Part shown: positions 57,081 through 64,000 of the stretch, in pieces | Numbering within the stretch: the stretch's first letter is position 1 | Layout: every line of letters starts with the position of its first letter | Source of the DNA: an uncultured Muribaculaceae bacterium | GTDB taxonomy: Bacteria > Bacillota_I > Bacilli_A > RF39 > UBA660 | Direction of reading: 5' to 3' | Length of the DNA stretch: 64,000 nucleotides | Assembly: GCA_964494015.1 (NCBI GenBank) | Contig: CAZBQC010000001.1 | Location: forward strand, 7,551-71,550 | Notes under the pieces: generated by a model | What the model was told of the DNA's origin: nothing | Databases searched by the model: none | Seen by the model: the letters and a program-made list of their open reading frames with translations, nothing else | Program-made: the position numbers and the translations under genes

Positions 57081-58988
57081 ATGAAAAAATTATTTTATTT
57101 ATTAGTTTTATTTATCTTTATTATTCCTTTTAAGGTTGGTGCTGTTTATACTACTGATAAATATTATTTTGATATTAAAATCAATCAGGATGGATCCTTA
57201 TTGGTTAGAGAACTGGCTATTTTAGAGGGAACTTATAATAATCGTGAATTAACAATTAAGTATCGTGATGCTAACTTACGACACTTCACAGGAGTTAAAG
57301 AAGATTTTTATGAGAGTGATATCTATAACAATGCTGGTATTACCGATATTAAAGTTGGAGATGTGTTAGTCGACGATGATTTTAGTTTTGATTATATCGA
57401 TCAGGTAAATCAGTACTATACCAAGTCCTCTTATGTTAATAATGGGGACTGTGGCAAGTATGTATTCACCGAGATAACTGACGGTATCAGTTTAAAAATT
57501 GCCTGTTCTAGTGATTATCGAAGAGCTTTCTATGTCGAATATAAGGTTCTTAATGCGGTTGTTATTCATAACGATGTTGCTGAATTTTATTATCCGATTT
57601 TAGGCAGTGATTACACAGAAAACATTACTGATTTTCAGGTTAAGGTCCATTTACCTAGCGATGGTTCGACGATGAGGTTTTGGGCTCACGGACCTCTTAA
57701 CAGCAGTGTCGAGAAACTAGATGAAAAGACAATTTATTTGAAGTCGGATTTTATTGGAGCTTACAATCCTGTCGATGTCCGAGTAATTTTTGATAAGAAT
57801 TTAGTACCTAATAGTACTAAAAAAAGTAATGTCGAGGCCACTCATTATATATTAGAAATTGAAGAAGAAAGAGCTGACGAGGCTAATCAGCAAAGAGCAG
57901 AAGCTAAACTTCTGATTGGTTTTGTTAAAGGATCAACTATTATTTGGTATTTAGGTGTGATAGCCTTTCTTATCTATACATACATTAAATATGATAAAGA
58001 GAGAACACCAAATTATAAATATGATTACTATCGTGAAATACCTCTTGATTATCCTCCAGAGTTAGTCGAATATTTAATGAAGAAGAATGTGTCAGTTTTA
58101 GGATTTAAAGCTAATATTTTATCTTTGATTGAGCGAAAGAAAATTAAAGTTGAGGGAACACCTGCTGATAAAAATAATTATCGTTTGATTTTGGTTAATA
58201 AAGAAAATCTAAATGAGTTAGATAGTATTATCATTGAATTATTGTTTGAAAAGATTGGTGCTAATGAAGGAGTCACTCTAAAAGAAATAGAAAAGTATAG
58301 TAAAAATTATACCAATGCCCAAACTTTTATGAACAGTTACAATAGATGGTTAAGTTTGGCTAAAGGAAACGGTACGAAAGCTGGTCTTTTTGAATCACAT
58401 CTTGGCTTTAAAGTTTTAAGCTTTATACTGGTATTTTTAAGTGGTGTTTCAATCTTTATTTTAAATGTTAATCTCGGGATGTTTTCAGAGGCTAATATTA
58501 GTATTTATAGTGTTTTTCTATTCTTGTTGTTGCCTTTATTAATCTTTAGCTCCATCTATTTAATTGCGTTTAAGAAAAGAACTGTCAAAGGAGTAGAAGA
58601 CTATAATATATGGAATGCCTTTAAGAGATTTTTATTAGATTTTGGACATTTTAGTGATAAAGAATTGCCAGAGATAGCTCTATGGGAAAAGTATTTAGTC
58701 TATGCTACGGTGTTAGGTTGTGCTAGACAATTAGAAAAAAGCATGAAGATTAAGCTTCAAGAGATGTCAACTACTGTCAATAATCCGACTTTGATGAATT
58801 ACTACATTACGAGCAGTATTTTAAATTCGACGATTTCAAGTAGTGTCAGTAATGCCGTGACAACTGCTGTTTCCTCAAGTCGTGCTTCGATTGCTAGAAG
58901 CCAATCATCGTCAGGTGGAGGTTTTGGTGGCGGGTTCTCAGGTGGTGGATTCTCGGGTGGCTTCGGCGGAGGCGGAGGTCGCTCTTAA
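57081..58988 (+). CDS. DUF2207-type membrane protein, the usual LemA partner, with a Gly-rich C-terminal tail.
   Basis: A signal peptide, an extracellular domain and multiple TM helices. The C-terminus ends GGGFGGGFSGGGFSGGFGGGGGRS. It lies immediately downstream of lemA. Confidence 0.6.
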   Translation: MKKLFYLLVLFIFIIPFKVGAVYTTDKYYFDIKINQDGSLLVRELAILEGTYNNRELTIKYRDANLRHFTGVKEDFYESDIYNNAGITDIKVGDVLVDDDFSFDYIDQVNQYYTKSSYVNNGDCGKYVFTEITDGISLKIACSSDYRRAFYVEYKVLNAVVIHNDVAEFYYPILGSDYTENITDFQVKVHLPSDGSTMRFWAHGPLNSSVEKLDEKTIYLKSDFIGAYNPVDVRVIFDKNLVPNSTKKSNVEATHYILEIEEERADEANQQRAEAKLLIGFVKGSTIIWYLGVIAFLIYTYIKYDKERTPNYKYDYYREIPLDYPPELVEYLMKKNVSVLGFKANILSLIERKKIKVEGTPADKNNYRLILVNKENLNELDSIIIELLFEKIGANEGVTLKEIEKYSKNYTNAQTFMNSYNRWLSLAKGNGTKAGLFESHLGFKVLSFILVFLSGVSIFILNVNLGMFSEANISIYSVFLFLLLPLLIFSSIYLIAFKKRTVKGVEDYNIWNAFKRFLLDFGHFSDKELPEIALWEKYLVYATVLGCARQLEKSMKIKLQEMSTTVNNPTLMNYYITSSILNSTISSSVSNAVTTAVSSSRASIARSQSSSGGGFGGGFSGGGFSGGFGGGGGRS

Positions 58989-59060
58989 AAATATGATTTT
59001 TCATATTTTTTCTTTTTTTTACGGATTTTTAAAGATTTGTGTAATAATATATAAGAAGAG

Positions 59061-59089
59061 TTGACAAAATAAATAATTATTAGTATAAG
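59061..59089 (+). promoter_or_regulatory. Consensus sigma-A promoter of topA.
   Basis: TTGACA (59061-66), a 17-nt spacer, then TATAAG (59084-89). Confidence 0.5.
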
Positions 59090-59111
59090 TTATAAGAGTG
59101 AGGTGTAATTC

Positions 59112-61130
59112 ATGAATTTAGTAATCGTCGAATCTCCACATAAAAGTAAAACGATTGAAAAGTATTTAGGTAAAAATTATAAGGTTGTTTCAAGTGTCGG
59201 TCATATCCGTGATTTGGCAACAACTGGCAAGTATGGTCTAGGAGTCGATATCGACAATGATTTTAAACCTAGCTATATTCCAATTACAGGGAAGAAAAAA
59301 GTAATCAGTAACTTAAAGAAAGCGGTTAAAGAGAGTGATAAAGTTTATTTGGCGACTGACCCCGATCGAGAAGGGGAGGCTATCAGTTGGCATTTAAAGG
59401 ATACTCTTAATTTAAAAGAAAATAATTATGCTCGAATACTGTTTCATGAAATAACCAAGGATAAGGTTATCGAGGCTTTTAATCAGCCAGGAAAAATCGA
59501 TGATCACTTAGTTAAAAGTCAGGAAACAAGAAGGATATTGGACAGAATCATTGGCTTTCGCTTAAGTAAATTGATCCAGTCGAAGACGAGTGCCAAAAGT
59601 GCTGGTCGTGTTCAGAGTGTTGCTTTAAAGTTAATTGTCGACCGTGAACGTGAAATCCAAGCTTTTGTCAGTGAAGAATATTATACAATTACCGGTGTCT
59701 TTGATGATTTTGAAGCTGATTTATTTAATTATAATCATCAAGATTTGGAAATAAAAGATTTAAAAACAGCTGAAGCTATTCTAGAAAAATTAAGTAAACA
59801 ATTTAAGATTATCAGTATCGAAAAGAAGACGAAGAAAAAAAATGCTAAGTATCCGTTTACGACCAGTACTTTGCAGATCGATGCTTCCCAAAAGTTAGGA
59901 TTTTCAGCTAAGAAAACGATGACTATTGCCCAAAAACTTTATGAAGGTATCACTTTAGAAAATGAAACCGTCGGACTTATTACCTATATGCGTACTGATT
60001 CGATTAGATTAAGTGATGAGTTTATCGGTCAAACGATGAATTACATCGATAAACATTACGGTAAGAATTATGTTGGCTATGTTAAAAAGGCTAAAAATAC
60101 TGAGAATGTTCAGGATGCTCATGAAGCTGTTCGACCAACTTCCATTTTAAGGGAGCCAGATGAGATAAAAGGCTATTTATCGCCTGATGAATACAAATTA
60201 TATAAACTTATTTATACGAGATCTTTAGCCAGTTTAATGGCTGACGCTAAAACTGACAATACGACCATTATTTTAGATAATAACAATTATCAGTTTAAGG
60301 CTACTGGCCAGATTCTAATCTTCGATGGTTATTTAAAAGTCTATAGTGATTATGAGGACAGTGAAGATAGAATACTGCCTGACTTGGAAGTTAATAAGAT
60401 ATTAAATTCTAATGATATCTTTTATGAGCAGCATTTTACCAAGCCACCTGTTAGATATACGGAAGCCAAACTCATTAAAGAATTAGAAGAGTTAGGAATT
60501 GGACGTCCTTCGACTTATGCAAAAATCATGGATATCATTCGTGAACGTGATTATGTCATAACTGAAGACAAGAAATTTATTCCAACTGAAATAGGGATTG
60601 AATTGACTGACAAACTGCAAGAGTTTTTCAGTAATATTATCAACGTTAAATATACCGCCGATATGGAAAATGATCTAGATAAGATTGCTGATGGCAAGAT
60701 CGATAACATTAGAGTTTTAAAAGATTTCTATACTATCTTTGAACCGACTTTAAATTCAGCTTTTAAAGAAATGGAAAAACCGGCTCCCACTGAAACGGGA
60801 GAGAATTGTCCAAATTGTGGCAGTCCTTTAGTTGTTCGTAAAGGTAAATATGGTGAATTTGTAGCTTGCAGTAATTATCCAACTTGCAAATATGTCAAAA
60901 AGGAAGCTAAAGAGATAAAGTATATTATGGATTGTCCATTATGTGATGGTAAAGTCATCGAAAAAACCACCCGCAAAGGTAAAATCTTTTATGGTTGCAA
61001 TAACTATCCAAAGTGTACATTTGCCACTTGGGATGAACCGACTAACGAGTTTTGTCCAAAATGTCAAAGCGTCTTAGTCAAAAAAGATCATCATCTTAAA
61101 TGCAGTAAATGTGACTATCAGAGCGAGTAA
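59112..61130 (+). CDS. topA: DNA topoisomerase I.
   Basis: The TOPRIM N-terminus MNLVIVESPHKSKTIEKYLG and three C-terminal C4 zinc ribbons. Confidence 0.92.
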   Translation: MNLVIVESPHKSKTIEKYLGKNYKVVSSVGHIRDLATTGKYGLGVDIDNDFKPSYIPITGKKKVISNLKKAVKESDKVYLATDPDREGEAISWHLKDTLNLKENNYARILFHEITKDKVIEAFNQPGKIDDHLVKSQETRRILDRIIGFRLSKLIQSKTSAKSAGRVQSVALKLIVDREREIQAFVSEEYYTITGVFDDFEADLFNYNHQDLEIKDLKTAEAILEKLSKQFKIISIEKKTKKKNAKYPFTTSTLQIDASQKLGFSAKKTMTIAQKLYEGITLENETVGLITYMRTDSIRLSDEFIGQTMNYIDKHYGKNYVGYVKKAKNTENVQDAHEAVRPTSILREPDEIKGYLSPDEYKLYKLIYTRSLASLMADAKTDNTTIILDNNNYQFKATGQILIFDGYLKVYSDYEDSEDRILPDLEVNKILNSNDIFYEQHFTKPPVRYTEAKLIKELEELGIGRPSTYAKIMDIIRERDYVITEDKKFIPTEIGIELTDKLQEFFSNIINVKYTADMENDLDKIADGKIDNIRVLKDFYTIFEPTLNSAFKEMEKPAPTETGENCPNCGSPLVVRKGKYGEFVACSNYPTCKYVKKEAKEIKYIMDCPLCDGKVIEKTTRKGKIFYGCNNYPKCTFATWDEPTNEFCPKCQSVLVKKDHHLKCSKCDYQSE

Positions 61131-61201
61131 GTAATTATCAAAAACGTATAGTTTGCCTTAGATTATACGTTTTTGTTATACTTAAAACAAGGAGTTTATA
61201 A

Positions 61202-62032
61202 ATGAAGGAAAAGTCTTTTGCTAAAGTAAATTTAGCTATTAATGTAATCAGAAAGCTACCTAATGGCTATCATGAATTAGATATGATCATGCTACCTATT
61301 TCTCTTTACGATGAAATAGAAATTAATTTTGCCCCTGATGATTTGCTTAATGGGAGAAGTTTTAATGATGTAGTTGTCAAGAATAATTTAATTGTTAAAA
61401 CCATCGAGCTAATGCGAAGAAAATATGATTTAGTTTTCAATTTTGATATTCAAATAACGAAAAGAATTCCTCTTTCAGCTGGTTTGGGAGGAGGCAGTTC
61501 CAATGCTGCCACTACCATCAAGATCTTAAATAAACTTTGTAATCTTGGACTTCAATTAGAGGAAATGTCTGAAATTGGACAACAGTTGGGCGCTGATGTT
61601 CCCTTCTTTTTATATGGTCAGCCAGCTCGAGTTAGAGGGATTGGCAATCTAATTTCTCCTCTTGAGATAGAGCCAATTACTTTACTTTTGATTAAACCGT
61701 TAGAGGGGATATCTACCAAGGAAGCATTCCAAAAACTAAATCTAAATGAATGTAATCATCCTAATATCGATCAGATAATTCAAAATATTAATGATCAAAA
61801 GAATTGGTTTAATCTGTTAGGAAACTCTTTGGAGTATTCAGCTAATATTCTTCTTCCTAAGTTGGAAGCTATTAAACAAGAGTTGTTTATGTCTGGAATT
61901 GATAAAATAATCATGTCAGGAAGTGGATCAACCTTAATTTTTTTAGCTAGTGATGAGCAAATACTGAATAAAGTTTTGACGAAAAAAGATTCTCGTTACG
62001 ACTTATTTGGAAAATATAAAACATTAAAATAA
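61202..62032 (+). CDS. ispE: 4-diphosphocytidyl-2-C-methyl-D-erythritol kinase.
   Basis: A GHMP kinase with the motif PLSAGLGGGSSNAA. Confidence 0.85.
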   Translation: MKEKSFAKVNLAINVIRKLPNGYHELDMIMLPISLYDEIEINFAPDDLLNGRSFNDVVVKNNLIVKTIELMRRKYDLVFNFDIQITKRIPLSAGLGGGSSNAATTIKILNKLCNLGLQLEEMSEIGQQLGADVPFFLYGQPARVRGIGNLISPLEIEPITLLLIKPLEGISTKEAFQKLNLNECNHPNIDQIIQNINDQKNWFNLLGNSLEYSANILLPKLEAIKQELFMSGIDKIIMSGSGSTLIFLASDEQILNKVLTKKDSRYDLFGKYKTLK

Positions 62033-62085
62033 AAAAAGTGGAAATATTGTCGATTTTTATGTATAATGATGATAGAGGTAATAAA

Positions 62086-62640
62086 ATGTACAACTATATA
62101 ATTGGGAAGGTTACAGAAATAAATACTAATATGATAACTTTAGATAATAACGGGGTAGGATATTTAATTCATACTCCAAACCCTTATTCGTTTAACGAAG
62201 GAGATTCTTATCTGGTATATATCTATCATCATCTTCGAGAAGATGAAAGCAGTTTATATGGTTTTAAAACGTATGAAGAAAAAGATTTGTTTTTGAAACT
62301 TCTTTCGGTAAAAGGACTTGGACCCAAGATGGCTCTACCGATTGTTGCTAGTTCCTCAATCAATGGCATTGCCGATGCAATTAATCGTGAAAATGTCTTA
62401 TATTTGAAGAAGTTTCCTAAAATAGGGGATAAGTTAGCTAAACAGATAATTTTAGATTTAAAAGGAAAATTGGTTGTCAATGCTACGCTAAGTAACAATG
62501 ATTATACTGATGAATTGTATGATGTTTTAAAGGGACTTGGATACAATGATAAAGATATCAAAAATATTATGCCACGAATCAATAAAGATTTATCACTTGA
62601 GGAGCAAATAAAGGAAGCACTAAAATTGATGCTTAGATAG
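62086..62640 (+). CDS. ruvA: Holliday junction branch-migration protein RuvA.
   Basis: MYNYIIGKV... and the HhH region. RBS GAGGT precedes ATG 62086. -10 TATAAT at 62062-67. Confidence 0.85.
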   Translation: MYNYIIGKVTEINTNMITLDNNGVGYLIHTPNPYSFNEGDSYLVYIYHHLREDESSLYGFKTYEEKDLFLKLLSVKGLGPKMALPIVASSSINGIADAINRENVLYLKKFPKIGDKLAKQIILDLKGKLVVNATLSNNDYTDELYDVLKGLGYNDKDIKNIMPRINKDLSLEEQIKEALKLMLR

Positions 62641-62648
62641 GAGGTCAT

Positions 62649-63632
62649 ATGAACAGTAGTGAAGACGTAGGATACGAACAGAATATTCGTCCTAATCGCT
62701 TAAATGAATATATTGGTCAAAGTGATGTCAAGGAAAATATTCGAGTCTTTGTCGAAGCTGCTAAGATGCGAAATGAACCTCTCGACCATGTTCTTCTTTA
62801 TGGCCCACCGGGATTGGGTAAAACAACTTTAGCCTATATTATTGCCAATGAGTTAAATAGCAATATTCGAACAGCTAGTGGACCAGCGATTGAGAAACCT
62901 GGAGACTTGGCAGCTATTCTTTCTTCACTTGAACCAGGAGATGTCCTATTTATCGACGAGATTCATCGCTTGCCGAGATTCATTGAAGAAATTCTCTATC
63001 CGGCGATGGAAGACTTTACTTTAGATATTATTGTCGGCAGTGAAGGGAGCAGTCGAAGCATCAAAATAAATTTGCCACCTTTCACATTAGTAGGAGCGAC
63101 TACTCGAGCTGGTGATTTATCTAGTCCGTTAAGAGACCGGTTTGGAATTGTCTCAAAATTAAAGTATTATACGATCGATGAATTAAATGATATTGTCAAA
63201 AGAACTTCCAAGGTCTTGGAGATGGCAATTGACGATGATGCTTCGCTGTTACTTGCTAAAAGGAGTAGGGGTACGCCAAGAGTGGCCAATCGCCTGTTTA
63301 AAAGAGTGCGGGATTTTGCTATAGTTGATGGCAGGAGTCATATCGATCTTAGTATTACTAATTTGGCTCTTGATCGATTAAAAGTTGATGATTTAGGGCT
63401 GGATGAAACCGATCATCAATTGCTAAAAGCTATCATTGAAAAATTTAATGGAGGACCAGTTGGTATCGAATCAATTGCCAGTTCGATAGGCGAAGAAGTG
63501 ACGACTATTCTCGATGTTTACGAACCATATCTATTACAAATTGGTTTTTTAAAGAGAACCTCACGTGGTCGGGTCGTGACCGATAAAGCTTATCGACATT
63601 TAGGAATATCTAATCAAGGAAGTTTATTTTAG
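62649..63632 (+). CDS. ruvB: Holliday junction helicase RuvB.
   Basis: AAA+ motifs [14 protein letters not shown] and LFIDEIHRL. Confidence 0.92.
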   Translation: MNSSEDVGYEQNIRPNRLNEYIGQSDVKENIRVFVEAAKMRNEPLDHVLLYGPPGLGKTTLAYIIANELNSNIRTASGPAIEKPGDLAAILSSLEPGDVLFIDEIHRLPRFIEEILYPAMEDFTLDIIVGSEGSSRSIKINLPPFTLVGATTRAGDLSSPLRDRFGIVSKLKYYTIDELNDIVKRTSKVLEMAIDDDASLLLAKRSRGTPRVANRLFKRVRDFAIVDGRSHIDLSITNLALDRLKVDDLGLDETDHQLLKAIIEKFNGGPVGIESIASSIGEEVTTILDVYEPYLLQIGFLKRTSRGRVVTDKAYRHLGISNQGSLF

Positions 63633-63640
63633 GAGGATAT

Positions 63641-64000
63641 ATGGAGTTAAATAAAGATATGAAAAATTTGCAAAATCAAAGAGTGAATTATGAAAAGAAA
63701 AAAGGATCGCATCAGTTATTGAGCGATGTAATGACTGTTTTAAAATGGGCATTAGGAGCCTTGGCGGTTACTGGTTTATTTGGTTTATCATTTGCTGGCT
63801 ATCCATTAGTTTATTTGCTTGGAACAGCCACAATCGGAAGTATTGGTGTCTATGGATTAACTAAATTATCGAATCATGAAAATAATATGGTGGTAAATTA
63901 TGACCGAAATATTAGTCAGGTTCATTCCGAGATGGGCCAACTAGAAGCTCAAAAAGGAGCTGTCAAAAGAGGTCCAAAAGTTCAATTAACCTTACCAGCG
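63641..64000 (+). CDS. Hypothetical two-TM membrane protein. The gene is 3' partial and continues past the window.
   Basis: The ORF reaches the window edge. RBS AGGAGG. Confidence 0.35.
   Translation, partial: MELNKDMKNLQNQRVNYEKKKGSHQLLSDVMTVLKWALGALAVTGLFGLSFAGYPLVYLLGTATIGSIGVYGLTKLSNHENNMVVNYDRNISQVHSEMGQLEAQKGAVKRGPKVQLTLPA

Noticed and set aside
1-64000. A Mycoplasma/Spiroplasma-type genetic code (TGA read as Trp).
   Set aside because: Large conserved genes such as polA, lon, topA, mutL and uvrC read through at full length under the standard code, with no in-frame TGA.
1-64000. rRNA, tRNA and CRISPR features.
   Set aside because: I found no cloverleaf-like GC-rich segment, no rRNA-like region and no array of regularly spaced direct repeats. 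Intergenic regions are short and AT-rich.

Overview
This is a chromosomal window of about 30% GC that uses the standard genetic code. Long housekeeping ORFs such as polA, lon, topA and mutL are not interrupted by TGA, so a Mycoplasma-type code is excluded. The host looks like a low-GC Firmicute that forms endospores. The evidence is a SpoIVB-like S55 peptidase, a SpoIID-like domain, a CotS-like kinase fold, a LysM/SpoVID-like protein and a NodB-type deacetylase.

The core backbone runs: typA (3' end) | rhodanese-polA-CDF-mutM | uvrC-mutL-miaA | sodA (minus strand), galE, nusB-xseA-xseB | helD-like helicase, NTP-transferase, spoIVB-like, lon | infC-rpmI-rplT, rpsB-tsf, pyrH | lemA-DUF2207, topA, ispE, ruvA-ruvB.

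There are three accessory regions.
1. A roughly 13.4 kb type IV secretion gene cluster sits at 912-14350, directly between typA and the rhodanese/polA genes. It is of the Gram-positive conjugation type (MPF-FATA-like). It encodes two tandem paralogous surface proteins, then VirB6-like, VirB3-like, VirB4 (split into two coupled ORFs), a SpoIID-like plus C39-like cell-wall hydrolase, a lipoprotein and a VirD4-like coupling protein. No relaxase, integrase, recombinase, transposase or replication gene occurs anywhere in the window.
2. An orphan KilA-N gene lies between fpg and a CofE-like gene.
3. A Bro-N / RhuM-Doc island lies at about 34.1-37.5 kb. It carries a truncated duplicate, a decayed Bro-N pseudogene and palindromic operator-like sites.

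Other notable signals are an infC leader with an AUA start and terminator/antiterminator geometry, and C-terminal extensions on L20 and S2 that both end in a Rho_N-like motif. There are also in-frame tandem repeats and two large repeat-built surface proteins. I saw no rRNA, tRNA or CRISPR array. All product calls come from motifs I recognised by eye. No database search was possible.
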